IMG/VR virus record: IMGVR_UViG_3300017971_000310
Coordinates: 1 to 60,228 of that record
Reading direction: 5' to 3' (one strand)
Source: a virus
Lineage: Duplodnaviria; Caudoviricetes
DNA: 60,228 nt
Below the pieces are notes generated by a model. The model was not told where the DNA came from, did no database searches, and was given only the letters and a program-made list of their open reading frames with translations. Below are positions 27,158 to 38,260 of the stretch, piece after piece. Made by a program: the position numbers and the translations under genes. Position 1 is the stretch's first letter. Each line of letters begins with the position of its first letter.

Positions 27158-29626
27158 ATGAGCGATTGGAAAGCGATTAGCCCTGTAGCAGCTACAAATT
27201 TAGTAACAAATCCGTCCTTTGAGCCAGGAGTAACTAGTTGGACAGCCGGGGGCACTAATACAATTGCCCAATCAACGGATCAATCAAAATTTGGTGCATA
27301 TTCCGCTAAGGCTACATACCAGGACAATGCGATCCTAGCACAATACACTCTATCACTTAGCACTACTACAATGTATAGATTGAGTGTTTGGATATACGTC
27401 CCAAGCAATTTCGATATAGCTAATGGACAGTCAATACGTATATATACGACGGACTTCACCCTCGCAACGCAATATATGGATATAGTCTGGACTGCTGGTA
27501 CAGATGCCACAGGGGTATGGAAAAGAATTAGCACTAGATTGTTCACACAAGCAGACGCCTTGGGTAGCTTTCGTGTATCTATAACTGCTAACCCAACAGC
27601 GGGAAGATATATATATGTTGATGGGGCTATGTGTATACAGACATCTGATACGCATACATATATAGATGGGGATCAACCTGGATGCTATTGGGTAGGGGAT
27701 CCTCACGCAAGTACGTCTATTCGGGTTGCAACTAGCCGAGCAGGTGGTGAGATTCTAGATTTTGAGGATGACTTGCATTTTGATATAGGGGATGTATTAG
27801 GCGGTAGCCTGGGACCATTAGCATTGAATACAGACCTTTATGCTATTCTACCAGGGGGACGGCTGAACAATATAAAAGAACAGCCGCGTTCCTTCTCATT
27901 GGGTGGGGTGTTTCGTGGTACATCTGATTCCAATCTACATAGCAATATCCAAGAGTTTATAGACTGGGCAACGTTCGATGCTGTACCAAAAGACAAGGAC
28001 GGCTATCAACCTCTTAGAATACGTTATCAGGGAGCTACAGTAGAAAAAGAGTTGATGGCCCATTACGATAGGGGACTAGAGGGTAAACGTAGCGCCAAAA
28101 ATGACCCATGCTTTTGGCAGAGAGCTGTAGTTAGATTCTTAGCCCCAGATCCGTATTGGTATGAAATAGGGGAGGGGGCATCCCATTTGGACTACTCCGA
28201 TAGCGCGTCCTTTCGTTATATAATGGCTAGATTATATAGTTCTGGACAATGGAACAATCTTGGTCCCCCAAATGCGGCAGTAGGCTTTACTAGAATATGG
28301 GCCATAGCTATAGGGATAGATAGGTATGTATATATAGGAGGCAATTTTACTGGATGGGATAATGTCGCCAACAGAAATTATGTGGCATACTGGGATGGTG
28401 ATTCCTGGGAGACACTAGGGGCCGTAAACGATTTCAACGCCAATGTGTACGCGCTTGTATTTGATGCAGACGGTATACTATACGCGGGCGGGAATTTTAC
28501 CAATGCACATGGAGATGCAGACGCGGATTACATAGCCAAATGGAACGGTACAGCATGGAGCGCTGTGGCTGCTGGTGGGGTGGCTGCTGTATACGCGCTA
28601 GCAATAGGGCATGATGGCAAGCTTTATATAGGCGGAGATTTTACGAATTGGGGCGACGCTAACGGGGATGGAATAGTATACTGGGATGGTACATCCTATA
28701 CTAGCATGGGGACTGGAACAGCCGATGGACGTATCTATGAAATTGCGGTACATCCCAATGGAGATATTTACATAGTTGGGACATTCTCTGCTGTTGGCGG
28801 GGTAGCAAATACAGCATGTATTGCCAAATGGAATGGAACAGCTTGGGCAGAAGTGGGCGGGGGTGTAGATACAGGAACCGTAATAAACACCATAGCAATC
28901 GCTTCGAATGGGGCTGTATACGTGGGAGGAGACTTCACACAAATAGGCGGGGAGACTATAGCTCGTGTAGCTATGTTTAATGGAACAACATGGCAACCAT
29001 TGGGTGCTGGTTCGGCTGGAGAAGTGTATCAGCTGGCCATTGGCCCAGATAATATACTGTATATGGGATTCAGTGGTGCTTCCGCCGGGGGATTAACCAC
29101 AGAGGCAAGCGTAATAAAGTGGAATGGAGCTAGCTGGTCTCATATGGATATTGATTCCAGCGATACGGCGCATGCCATGGCCATAGGGTATAGCGATCCT
29201 ATCATAGAGGCAAACTATGATATTTATATAGCCTGTAACCAGACTGGTACATTCACATATGCCGGGGACACAACAGCTACAAATAATGGAACCGCGCCAG
29301 CTTTTCCTAAGATAATAGTAAGTAGAGATGGCGGTACAGCAGTACGCCTTATACAAGTAAGAAACGAAACTACAGGAAGAGGGCTATCATTCGACTACTC
29401 GCTGCTCGATGGGGAGGAACTGGTTATAGATTTGACCCCCACAGGAAAGACTATTATATCTAGCATTTTTGGTGCTAGACCAGACGCAATCCTTGCGGGC
29501 TCCGATTTTGGTACATTCTCCCTATTGCCTGGAAACAACACTATAACATGCTTCATTGATGTTGCCGGTGGCCCTACGGTAGACTGCTATCTACTTTGGA
29601 AGGATGCATATAAGAGCTATGATTAA
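27158..29626 (+). CDS. distal tail protein with carbohydrate-binding domain and beta-propeller insertion
   Basis: TNLVTNPSFE N-terminus, FLAPDPYWY, repeated YxGGxFT..IAKWNGTAW blades, LLPGNNTI C-terminus. Confidence 0.75.
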   Translation: MSDWKAISPVAATNLVTNPSFEPGVTSWTAGGTNTIAQSTDQSKFGAYSAKATYQDNAILAQYTLSLSTTTMYRLSVWIYVPSNFDIANGQSIRIYTTDFTLATQYMDIVWTAGTDATGVWKRISTRLFTQADALGSFRVSITANPTAGRYIYVDGAMCIQTSDTHTYIDGDQPGCYWVGDPHASTSIRVATSRAGGEILDFEDDLHFDIGDVLGGSLGPLALNTDLYAILPGGRLNNIKEQPRSFSLGGVFRGTSDSNLHSNIQEFIDWATFDAVPKDKDGYQPLRIRYQGATVEKELMAHYDRGLEGKRSAKNDPCFWQRAVVRFLAPDPYWYEIGEGASHLDYSDSASFRYIMARLYSSGQWNNLGPPNAAVGFTRIWAIAIGIDRYVYIGGNFTGWDNVANRNYVAYWDGDSWETLGAVNDFNANVYALVFDADGILYAGGNFTNAHGDADADYIAKWNGTAWSAVAAGGVAAVYALAIGHDGKLYIGGDFTNWGDANGDGIVYWDGTSYTSMGTGTADGRIYEIAVHPNGDIYIVGTFSAVGGVANTACIAKWNGTAWAEVGGGVDTGTVINTIAIASNGAVYVGGDFTQIGGETIARVAMFNGTTWQPLGAGSAGEVYQLAIGPDNILYMGFSGASAGGLTTEASVIKWNGASWSHMDIDSSDTAHAMAIGYSDPIIEANYDIYIACNQTGTFTYAGDTTATNNGTAPAFPKIIVSRDGGTAVRLIQVRNETTGRGLSFDYSLLDGEELVIDLTPTGKTIISSIFGARPDAILAGSDFGTFSLLPGNNTITCFIDVAGGPTVDCYLLWKDAYKSYD

Positions 29627-30774
29627 TGGCTGACTATGAATTTTGGTTAACCGACGATACAGGTATGCGAATTGCCGATGAGAGTGGAAAATCTTTTCTA
29701 GATAATGTATTATGGCTCTCGGCGGCCAAGCAGGTCAACGCTGTATCTTATTTTAGCATGGGCCTGCCCAGCAATTTCGATATGTCTCTGGTCATTGATA
29801 AGCCCGACCGTATGGTACAAATATGGCGCGCTCCAACCGGAAGGCGGCTAACGCTATGGGGTGTCTATTTTATACGTAGATACTTATTCCAAACTACTGA
29901 ACAGGGTCTACAGTTTACTATAGGCGGTCCCAATCCTAACGATCTGTTGAGACGTAGAATTGTAGCGGCATATACAGGATCGGCTCAGTCAGATAAGACC
30001 GATTATGGCGACGATATGATGAAGGAAGTCGTCACCGAAGCCTTGGCAGATGGGGTTAATCCTACACCAGATGCGGGGACCAGGGCCTGGTCTAATCTTT
30101 CTATTCAGGGCGAATTTAGTGCAGGACCTACAATAACCAGTAGCACGGCATATAAACGTCTATTGTTACCCAGTGGTGGCGGGGCTATAGGTGAACTAGC
30201 CAAAGCATGTCGAGAGGCCGGCACAGAAGTATTCTTCGATATTGTGCCTAATAGTATAACTCCTACATCTATAGATTTTGAGTTTAGAACGTGGACTGGG
30301 CAACCTGGCCAGGATGTGACAGCTATTGGTATATTGTTCGATTCTGCTAGGGGTAATCTACGAAATCCCTTGCTAGATGTCGACTACACAGAGGAAATAA
30401 ATTATGTATACGGGGCCGGACAGGATTCCGACGATAGCCGGGAGATACAACAGGCATATGATGCCGAACGTTATAATAAATCTATCTGGAATAGATGTGA
30501 GGCAACAGCGGACGCCAGGGACCAAAGCGCCGCTAATGGTGTAAGAGAAGCAGCTAGGGCACTATTAGAAGCTGGAAGACCGATTTATAGATTTGGAGCT
30601 ACCCCTATAGATACCCCTCAATCGGTGTTTGGTATTGATTGGGATTATGGATATAAGGTTCGTACGAAGTATCTATGGTTTGAGTTCGATGCCATTATTA
30701 GGTCTGTTGTATTAGGGTTGGATGGAGAAGGCAATGAGACCATTCAAGCTAGACTGGAGTATGAGGGGACGTGA
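29626..30774 (+). CDS. tail/baseplate hub protein (ReqiPepy6 Gp37-like)
   Basis: LLRRRIV, NYVYGAGQ, E...DARD, FGIDWDYG; position after Dit. Confidence 0.7.
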   Translation: MADYEFWLTDDTGMRIADESGKSFLDNVLWLSAAKQVNAVSYFSMGLPSNFDMSLVIDKPDRMVQIWRAPTGRRLTLWGVYFIRRYLFQTTEQGLQFTIGGPNPNDLLRRRIVAAYTGSAQSDKTDYGDDMMKEVVTEALADGVNPTPDAGTRAWSNLSIQGEFSAGPTITSSTAYKRLLLPSGGGAIGELAKACREAGTEVFFDIVPNSITPTSIDFEFRTWTGQPGQDVTAIGILFDSARGNLRNPLLDVDYTEEINYVYGAGQDSDDSREIQQAYDAERYNKSIWNRCEATADARDQSAANGVREAARALLEAGRPIYRFGATPIDTPQSVFGIDWDYGYKVRTKYLWFEFDAIIRSVVLGLDGEGNETIQARLEYEGT

Positions 30775-32564
30775 TTAGTTTTAATAATTCCCCATTGGGG
30801 CGTATTATACAGCAGATTGTAGGGCGTGTCAGTAGACTGGAGTATTTATACGATACTATCCCACGCCCAGAAATAGGGGCAGGTCCACAAGGCGCACAGG
30901 GAGCGCAGGGCGCGACCGGCAGTCAGGGGGCACAAGGCGCACAGGGAGCGCAGGGCGCGACCGGCAGTCAGGGGGCACAAGGCGCACAGGGAGCGCAGGG
31001 CGCGACCGGCAGTCAGGGGGCACAAGGCGCACAAGGAGCGCAAGGCGCACAGGGAGCGCAAGGCGCACAAGGAGCGCAAGGCGCACAGGGAGCGCAAGGC
31101 GCACAAGGAGCGCAAGGCGCACAGGGAGCGCAGGGCGCGACCGGCAGTCAAGGCGCACAAGGAGCGCAGGGCGGGTTGGCAGCACACGAGCATAGCGGTG
31201 CAGGGGACGGTGGATCATTAAACATTGGGACCACAGACACAGACGGCACAGCGGGATCGGTACTGTTCCTGGGCACGAACGGAGTATTGCAAGAGGATAA
31301 TTCAGATTTCTTTTGGGACAATACAAACAAAGTCCTGATCGTAGGCAACAACTCTTTTTCGTCAAACAGCCCGCGTGTTGTGGTTGGTGGTACTCGATCA
31401 CCAGCGGCAAATTCTCACGGGATAGTTGTTGAGGAAACAGTGACCGGTGCAGATGCCAGCGGTCATGCGGCGTTTGACGCTAATCAGGTTTTTGACGGCT
31501 CTGAGGACTATGGTCATATAACGGGCTTCCAGTCTAGGCCAGACTATGCCAGCTCAGGTACAGTTACGAAGCTGATGGGATTCTCGTCGGCTATTGAGCA
31601 GAGCGCAGGAACCATCACCAATGCGATCCACTATAAAGCCAGAGACCTTGCTGGGTCTGGGATAGCAACCAATCAGTACGGGTTTTACGTTGAGGAATTG
31701 CTAGACCGTGCGACGAACAACTGGGCGTTTAAGTCAGAAGGTGCGACAAAGTCCTCGTTCGGCGGGCCGGTAGGAATCGGTGGTGACGCTGACGGAACCT
31801 ACTTGTTGAACCTGGTGGATGACGGGTATGCACTTATCAAATTCGATAGAACTGGGAACGCCAATGTAGACGATACGTTCGGGATGGGCGTGTCGTATTC
31901 TGCTCAGGACGATGATGTTCTCTGGCTTGGAACTGGTACAACCGATTTTGTGATTACGGACGATGGAAAGGTTGGTGTTGGCAAAACTGATCCTTCCTAC
32001 GACTTTGACGTTAGTGGTAATATTGGCCTTTCTGGGGATGTGAATATCTCGTCTGGTAAGGGAATTGTGCACGGCGACGGTGTAACAGCCGGGAAGGTGC
32101 TCGTGGCTGATGGGACACGGTACAAGCCGGGTGATGTTGGAGATATATCTGGAAGCGGGTATCTGCTTACATTTGCAGAGGTGACTGACTCCTGCTGGTC
32201 GATTGAGGGTGGTATTGGCGGGGCAGAACAGACGGTTTTTGCCGCTACGGTCTATGAAGATTGTACGCTGGTGTATTGGCAACAGACGCTCTATGTCGAT
32301 GGAAGAAACGATGGGAATGACTATTGGACAGTCAAAATCTACAAAGTGGACATTACCAATAATCCAGAGACGGCCACAGAACTAGCCAGCTTTAACACGT
32401 CTGGAGACAGCGGCTCTGACTGGTTGATCAAGGAAACCAGCTTGAATGACGCTATAGACGTAGATACGGATGAATGGATTATTTGGATTACGGCGACAGC
32501 GACGATTGACTCAGAGGTAGGGAATTTGCAAATGAACGGGCCTGCCGTTTTCGCAGAAGTGTAG
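30771..32564 (+). CDS. collagen-like tail fibre protein
   Basis: About 32 G-X-Y triplets followed by fibre-type motifs ([28 protein letters not shown]). Confidence 0.8.
   Translation: MISFNNSPLGRIIQQIVGRVSRLEYLYDTIPRPEIGAGPQGAQGAQGATGSQGAQGAQGAQGATGSQGAQGAQGAQGATGSQGAQGAQGAQGAQGAQGAQGAQGAQGAQGAQGAQGAQGAQGATGSQGAQGAQGGLAAHEHSGAGDGGSLNIGTTDTDGTAGSVLFLGTNGVLQEDNSDFFWDNTNKVLIVGNNSFSSNSPRVVVGGTRSPAANSHGIVVEETVTGADASGHAAFDANQVFDGSEDYGHITGFQSRPDYASSGTVTKLMGFSSAIEQSAGTITNAIHYKARDLAGSGIATNQYGFYVEELLDRATNNWAFKSEGATKSSFGGPVGIGGDADGTYLLNLVDDGYALIKFDRTGNANVDDTFGMGVSYSAQDDDVLWLGTGTTDFVITDDGKVGVGKTDPSYDFDVSGNIGLSGDVNISSGKGIVHGDGVTAGKVLVADGTRYKPGDVGDISGSGYLLTFAEVTDSCWSIEGGIGGAEQTVFAATVYEDCTLVYWQQTLYVDGRNDGNDYWTVKIYKVDITNNPETATELASFNTSGDSGSDWLIKETSLNDAIDVDTDEWIIWITATATIDSEVGNLQMNGPAVFAEV
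30882..31169 (+). repeat. collagen-coding tandem repeat (GAQ/GAT/GSQ)
   Basis: 9-nt units with a 45-nt higher-order repeat. Confidence 0.95.
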
Positions 32565-32601
32565 AGCACAAGAAAATCGAACAATCAATAGAAGGAGAAA
32601 A

Positions 32602-32952
32602 GTGGAGTTACAGCTAACAGCATGGGAAAGGCTAGAACTATTGAGGTGCTTGCCTGAGAATGCGCACCTCTCGGAGATGAATCAGTTGTTACGTATTGAC
32701 GACGTATTGCAACTGACCAAAGAGGAGACAAAGCAACTCGGTGGTTACAGGGAGTCGCAAGTCGTTATAGACGGCAAATTGGGCACTCGAGTAGAATGGG
32801 ATCAGGATACCACGTACACACTAGAGATAGACACGGCAGACGTTGAGAAACTGATCCAACTAGCAGAGAGGCGTAAGGCGTGGCCGAGAGATCGGCGGTC
32901 AAAGGAACTGGAGGCCAAGTGGCAAGAATGGAAAAAGGAGGTAGCTCAGTGA
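32602..32952 (+). CDS. hypothetical protein
   Basis: SD AAGGAG, 116 aa, follows the fibre gene. Confidence 0.65.
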   Translation: MELQLTAWERLELLRCLPENAHLSEMNQLLRIDDVLQLTKEETKQLGGYRESQVVIDGKLGTRVEWDQDTTYTLEIDTADVEKLIQLAERRKAWPRDRRSKELEAKWQEWKKEVAQ

Positions 32953-35303
32953 CAGAGAATCTGTTGCAAAACGGGGCGTTTGAGGCGGACTGGGCAGAGG
33001 AGTATAGCCATAGGGTGCGCGTGTTCACTGAGCAACGTGACGGATCGTTCTCGGGTGAGGAGATCGCGGTCGGCAATGTGTTCACACCTCCAGGATGGGT
33101 GGCGTGGGCTCGACTGGAAGAGAGCAAGTGGCACTTGCCAGAAGTGAAGGATGCGTGGGCTCATCGACGGGCACGGAGCGGGGCCAAGGGTATTATGATG
33201 TTCAAGACCTTTGGTCGATTTGACGCGGGCTTTATGCAGACAGTGCAGGTAGCACCGGGCACCAAGCTCAGGTTCAGTGTCTATGGACACGCCTGGAGCA
33301 ATCACAACGGAGACGGGTTTCCACACCCGGGTGATGCTCGATGGTCAGAGGGCACGTTGGTCGGATTTGGCGAGAATGTGTGCTTGGAGCAAGCCGACAT
33401 ACCAGCGGATAACGGGGAGTCACAGAACGACGCCAACAGGAATTTCCGCTTCACGGTGGGAATTGATACTACCGGTGGTACTAACCCATACGCTGAGAGT
33501 GTAGCCTGGGGCGACCCTCTGTACTGCTACAATGGGTACAGTCGGCCGGTTGAGGTCGAGGCGACAGCACGGGGCAACAAGGTGACAGTATTCATTCGGG
33601 CCAAAGTGCGTTGGCCTTTCAAGATCAACGATGCGTACTGGGATGATGCAGAGCTGGTACAAGTCGGGACTGTGATCGTTCCGCCTGCAGGAGAGTGCGA
33701 GAATCCAGCACGGGAACCATACGATCGGACCTATGTCCTATTACCACCAGACGCAACAGAACAAGAAGCATTAGATGCTATGCGGGAGTACTTCCCTAAA
33801 AGAAGAACTATTGGATTCAGTGCTGACGACGCTGGGATAGGGTGCAAACTTGGGGAACGTAGGGTTATCGTCATTAGACCGAATGCCTGGCCCGGAGGGG
33901 AAGTTGCCCTAAAGGATTTCTACAATACATACTATCCAGATATTGTCTACGATAGCGGGACTACCCCCTCCCCCGAATTAGTGTTGTGTCAAAAGAATGC
34001 CCTATGGAGTGGATTGAGATTTGGAGCAGCCACTTGTAAGTATACGATAGGGCAAATGGGATGCTTTATAACGTGTTTAGCCATGGCGCTTAGGTTCTAT
34101 AAGAAAGATGCTTGGGCTACACCTGCTACAGTGAACCAGGCATTGACTGCCAATGGTTACACCGTATGTCGCCCCTATTGGACTTGGATTGAAGATAAAC
34201 TTGGGTTGAAACTCTCCTCCCCTACAAATGTAGACGAATGGTTAGATAAGGGTTATTGTGCTATGGCAGAAGTCAAGCCAACTACGCTAGAGCATTTTGT
34301 GCTAGTTGTTAGGCGGGAAGGGACAGCCTATTGGATGCTAGATCCTATTGATGGTTCAGAGGGATGGCTGGATGAAGCCTACGATGGGGTGGAGAGTTGG
34401 CGATTGATATTGCCTGCGGAAACGCCTCCTCCTGGTCTAAATGTAGTGGGGTTACATTGGCAGAAGCGTGTTCAAAACGATATAGAGTATGTACAGACTG
34501 TTCGACCAGGGATAGCTAAAACAGTATTGAATATTGAGTTCTGTAAAGAATTCAAACGGGTATCCCCCAATACATTAACGGTATTCAGACAATGGCGGGC
34601 CGACCAGGGCGAGTTCATCAATAAGACAGACGGTCCCCGCAAATGGTTGGAGACTTTCTTAGACTCCCTTCTCATAAACGCAAACTATGTGGATTTTGTG
34701 GAATCGTTGAATGAAATGATAGCCACAGACGATATCGATGGAATAAAACGCATAACAGAGTTTGACGCCCAATTCTGCGAAGAGCTTAGAAAGGAGGGCT
34801 TCCCAGCTAGGCCGCTAGTGTTAAATGCGGCAGTGGGTAATCCTCAACATGGCGAACAGGTAGAATTAATGTTACCTGCTGTTCGGGCGGCTATCGAGGC
34901 AGATGGTGCGCTTGGTTACCATTCCTACTGGGGTTCGCGTCCAGATGGTTATTGTACTATGAAGGATAATTTTAGACACTATGCTGGACGGGCTATGGAA
35001 TCTTGGGATCCCGTATTTCGAGAACATGGGTTGTATCCAAAATATGTATTCGGGGAAGCTGGGGCAGTACACATAAGCCCGGATGGCTGGTTAAATCCCA
35101 ACGCGGGTTGGAAGGATGCCTGCTGGAATTGGGATCATTATGTAGAGCAGATTTTACAGTTCAAGTCGAGAATAGATATATGGAACGCTCAGCATAATAA
35201 TAGGGTATTGGGATTTACTATCTTCACATTAGGTGGCGGGTCCCAGTGGGCTACATTTGATTTGAACGGATATTTGGATAGATTAATAGAGGTATTTCAA
35301 TGA
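32949..35303 (+). CDS. multidomain endolysin-like protein (peptidase C39-like + glycoside-hydrolase-like)
   Basis: TIGQMGCFITCLAM..EHFVLV..MLDP (Cys-His-Asp); C-terminal ESLNE, LGYHSY, FGEAG GH-A-like motifs; GTG start after SD. Confidence 0.65.
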   Translation: MTENLLQNGAFEADWAEEYSHRVRVFTEQRDGSFSGEEIAVGNVFTPPGWVAWARLEESKWHLPEVKDAWAHRRARSGAKGIMMFKTFGRFDAGFMQTVQVAPGTKLRFSVYGHAWSNHNGDGFPHPGDARWSEGTLVGFGENVCLEQADIPADNGESQNDANRNFRFTVGIDTTGGTNPYAESVAWGDPLYCYNGYSRPVEVEATARGNKVTVFIRAKVRWPFKINDAYWDDAELVQVGTVIVPPAGECENPAREPYDRTYVLLPPDATEQEALDAMREYFPKRRTIGFSADDAGIGCKLGERRVIVIRPNAWPGGEVALKDFYNTYYPDIVYDSGTTPSPELVLCQKNALWSGLRFGAATCKYTIGQMGCFITCLAMALRFYKKDAWATPATVNQALTANGYTVCRPYWTWIEDKLGLKLSSPTNVDEWLDKGYCAMAEVKPTTLEHFVLVVRREGTAYWMLDPIDGSEGWLDEAYDGVESWRLILPAETPPPGLNVVGLHWQKRVQNDIEYVQTVRPGIAKTVLNIEFCKEFKRVSPNTLTVFRQWRADQGEFINKTDGPRKWLETFLDSLLINANYVDFVESLNEMIATDDIDGIKRITEFDAQFCEELRKEGFPARPLVLNAAVGNPQHGEQVELMLPAVRAAIEADGALGYHSYWGSRPDGYCTMKDNFRHYAGRAMESWDPVFREHGLYPKYVFGEAGAVHISPDGWLNPNAGWKDACWNWDHYVEQILQFKSRIDIWNAQHNNRVLGFTIFTLGGGSQWATFDLNGYLDRLIEVFQ

Positions 35304-35746
35304 AGAACTTTATGGAGTCATCTAGAACACAAAAATGGATATGCTTTTTAGCAATCTCTCAGGCCATTCTAATAGGATGGGCCTTGATTGTGACGGTTGC
35401 TAGTGCTACAGGGGATGGCATGTTCTATAGCATCAAGAGGCCCGTGCATATAGTAGACATAAGACCGGATAGGGCTATATTAGAGCTTACACGTAGTGCG
35501 GCCTGGCCAATGGGAGGGGTATGTAGTTATGAAATAGAGTGCTCAAATCTTGTGACGCAGCTTGGTCAGGAAGCGTGCCCAATTGAGGCAGGAGATAAGA
35601 CATTCAAATTCTCTCTGATTATACCGGAAGGGTCCACATCGCCATGCCAATTTAGAGGCACAATTACGTATACCCCATTCGGTCCATTTGGTCCCCATTT
35701 CACAGAAGAGTGGTCTTCAGATATATTTGAACTGGTCTATGAATAA
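35300..35746 (+). CDS. membrane-anchored hypothetical protein
   Basis: N-terminal TM segment, Cys-containing beta domain; lysis-region position. Confidence 0.6.
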   Translation: MKNFMESSRTQKWICFLAISQAILIGWALIVTVASATGDGMFYSIKRPVHIVDIRPDRAILELTRSAAWPMGGVCSYEIECSNLVTQLGQEACPIEAGDKTFKFSLIIPEGSTSPCQFRGTITYTPFGPFGPHFTEEWSSDIFELVYE

Positions 35747-36320
35747 TATAGATTGGATCGCCATAGGCCAATTTTTGGTTACTATTGCCGTGGCATCTAT
35801 ACCTGGCTGGTTGGCATATCTAGCCAAAGTCCGTGAAACGCGGACGGAAGAGAAACGTATCAGTTCGGATGCTGGAACAGCACTTACCGATGATCTGCTG
35901 GCTAATCTACGATACAAGGACGAGCAGATACGAGACCTACGCGATCAACTCATCACTGTGGACCAGAGAGATAGTACACAGATTATATCTCTACAATCCC
36001 AATGTAAGGAACTTGTGGATGAGAACTACGCGCTCTCCGAGACCTTAGACAAGGCCGTAGAACGAATAGCTGTACTAGAGTGGGTTGAGAGAGGATACAA
36101 GTTGCTTGTGGAATATGCACAAGGCCTAGAACGCGCCATTGCTCAAGCCGGTATTAGTTGGGAGACTATTACCACTACGCGATTGATGGCGTTGAATGAA
36201 TGGGAGGGAGGTCCTCACGTAGACTTAGTTGGGGATTTGGAAGGGGAACTGGGGGATTCTAAAGTCGTTAATAAAATCAGGCGGGAAATTCAAGCTAGTT
36301 TACAGGACAGGAACCTGTAG
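35739..36320 (+). CDS. membrane protein with coiled coil (holin/spanin-like position)
   Basis: IDWIAIGQFLVTIAVASIPGWLAYL TM segment followed by heptad-rich region. Confidence 0.6.
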   Translation: MNNIDWIAIGQFLVTIAVASIPGWLAYLAKVRETRTEEKRISSDAGTALTDDLLANLRYKDEQIRDLRDQLITVDQRDSTQIISLQSQCKELVDENYALSETLDKAVERIAVLEWVERGYKLLVEYAQGLERAIAQAGISWETITTTRLMALNEWEGGPHVDLVGDLEGELGDSKVVNKIRREIQASLQDRNL

Positions 36321-36326
36321 TATAAT
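36299..36326 (+). promoter_or_regulatory. sigma70-type promoter, phage consensus copy 2
   Basis: TTTACA-16 nt-TATAAT, 9 nt before the ATG at 36336. Confidence 0.7.
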
Positions 36327-36335
36327 ATATGTACT

Positions 36336-37580
36336 ATGACAAATTATAATTGGGACGAAATCTTTCGCCACGCCATCGATCTGGTTCCACGGTGCACAAC
36401 TCCAACAGATCTGGCCCGTCTTCTTGACATACCTTCCACAACCCTACGTTCGGCAATGGCCAGACGTGGGCTGACCTTCCCCAAGCTTTTGGCGCAATCT
36501 ACATATGAGCAGGAAACAGGCATCAAGAGCCTACAGCTTCAGAATCAGGCTTTACGTAAAGAGATCGAGTATCTAAATAGAAAAATTGGGCAGAAGGCCT
36601 GGCTTCGAGAAACCCTGGTGGAAATGTCTTCTGTGCTCAAGTTAGCCCCAGTCAGCTCTCCTCCCAAAGCCCCACAGGCAGAAACCCCACAGACTGCCGT
36701 TCTCCTGTTATCGGATGTACATTTAGGGCAGGAAACGCCAGTCGATCTAGTTCAGGATTTTGGGGAATACAACAGTAAAATAGCAGAGGCCAGAATGCGC
36801 CATGTATTCACGGCCTTTGCCAGTGTAGTGAAACATCAAGCATTTCCCATCAGCGATGTAGTTGTGTTCGGACTAGGAGACTGGGTAGAGCACGCCCACC
36901 TCCGGCCGGGGCATGAGGGCAGGGTGGACTTGGGGGTAGTTAAGCAAACGTTACAGGCTGCTGATATAGGCGGTCATGGGCTATTAATGTTAGCGGAGCA
37001 ATTTCCACGAGTGACATTTATTGGCATCCCAGGGAATCATGGGCGTGTGACCAGTGATCCACGTAAGTCGTCCCCCACAGAAAACTTCGACTATATGTGC
37101 TACCGCATAATGCAAATGATGCTACAGGACCAGCCCAATATAGATTGGATTATACCTGAAAGCTGGTATGTACGTCATAACATACAAGGGTGGAACTTTT
37201 TTGCTATACATGGTGAAGATATACGGTCCTATGCTGGATTCCCCTGGTACGGGGCCACAAGAGACGCCAGGAACTATGTAGGGATGTTTAGGTTGGCCCA
37301 ACGTCGTATGATCCGTAGAGCTAGCCCCAAGACGGTAGAAGAATTACAAGAATGTATGATTGTTCCGGACTACGCTCTACTGGCACACTTCCATACAGAG
37401 GCCACTTGGGAATCACCAGATATAGAGCATTTTGCTAATGGGGCTATGCCAGGTGTTAGCGCATACGGAGCGAAGAGGATAAAGAAAATTAACCGGTCTA
37501 GTCAACGTATGTTCTTTGTGCATCCCAAGTTTGGGGTGACCATGCGCTGCCCCATTGACTTAGACGATATCGGGATCTAA
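36336..37580 (+). CDS. calcineurin-like metallophosphoesterase with N-terminal HTH
   Basis: SDVHLG, GLGD, GNHG, HGE, HFH motifs; LARLLDIPSTTLRS HTH. Confidence 0.8.
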   Translation: MTNYNWDEIFRHAIDLVPRCTTPTDLARLLDIPSTTLRSAMARRGLTFPKLLAQSTYEQETGIKSLQLQNQALRKEIEYLNRKIGQKAWLRETLVEMSSVLKLAPVSSPPKAPQAETPQTAVLLLSDVHLGQETPVDLVQDFGEYNSKIAEARMRHVFTAFASVVKHQAFPISDVVVFGLGDWVEHAHLRPGHEGRVDLGVVKQTLQAADIGGHGLLMLAEQFPRVTFIGIPGNHGRVTSDPRKSSPTENFDYMCYRIMQMMLQDQPNIDWIIPESWYVRHNIQGWNFFAIHGEDIRSYAGFPWYGATRDARNYVGMFRLAQRRMIRRASPKTVEELQECMIVPDYALLAHFHTEATWESPDIEHFANGAMPGVSAYGAKRIKKINRSSQRMFFVHPKFGVTMRCPIDLDDIGI

Positions 37581-38260
37581 ACGCCCTTGGCCTTCCACCA
37601 TCTAAGTATGTTCTTCTTACGCTCTTCATACTCCGGGTCATTACCTCTACAGGGACAAATCTCAATATCACATTTCTTACATGGACAGTCTTCGTATACA
37701 CTGGGGTCAAAATACTCTGGGCAATATTCCAAGGCCTCACAGGTCATACAATAGGCAGAGCCATACCCAATACACATATCCATATTCTGTAGCTTAAGCT
37801 TAGTTATCCATCCCTGGCTCAACAGGGGTCCCATCGATTTCGCACTATATGGGATTTCCTGTGACTGTAGTTCCCTATCCGGTGTTGACCAGTGTAGGGT
37901 ATAGACTAGCCAATTATCCCCATCCTCTAATATAGTGGTGTCGCTGGTTTGATCGATCAACCAATCGTCTATCCCCAGACATATAGCGGCAATGTCTTTG
38001 GGTAGTTTGACAAAATTATCTGCGTCCGGTATCCGCCCCCGCTTTTTTCTCCATAGTAAACTAAGTTCTAGCCTAGGTCGGGTATCCAGGGCTACCGGCA
38101 ATCTCGTTCCAATTTCTTTATTCAGCTCTGCTTTGAATTTTGTTAGCCATAGGTCTACGTCTTCCTTATGTCCCAGCCTGGGATTATTTCTCACATAGGC
38201 CCGATTAACGGATACCAGTGGGAAGTATTCCATTTCTACTCTAGCGACGTGATGCTGCAT
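37577..38260 (-). CDS. rusA: RusA-like Holliday junction resolvase with Cys-rich C-terminus
   Basis: PLVSVN.AY, PDADNFVK..KD.....GIDD. Confidence 0.7.
   Translation of the reverse strand: MQHHVARVEMEYFPLVSVNRAYVRNNPRLGHKEDVDLWLTKFKAELNKEIGTRLPVALDTRPRLELSLLWRKKRGRIPDADNFVKLPKDIAAICLGIDDWLIDQTSDTTILEDGDNWLVYTLHWSTPDRELQSQEIPYSAKSMGPLLSQGWITKLKLQNMDMCIGYGSAYCMTCEALEYCPEYFDPSVYEDCPCKKCDIEICPCRGNDPEYEERKKNILRWWKAKGV

Noticed and set aside
30882-31169. Tandem repeat as a CRISPR array
   Set aside because: No unique spacers; units are in-frame G-X-Y collagen codons.
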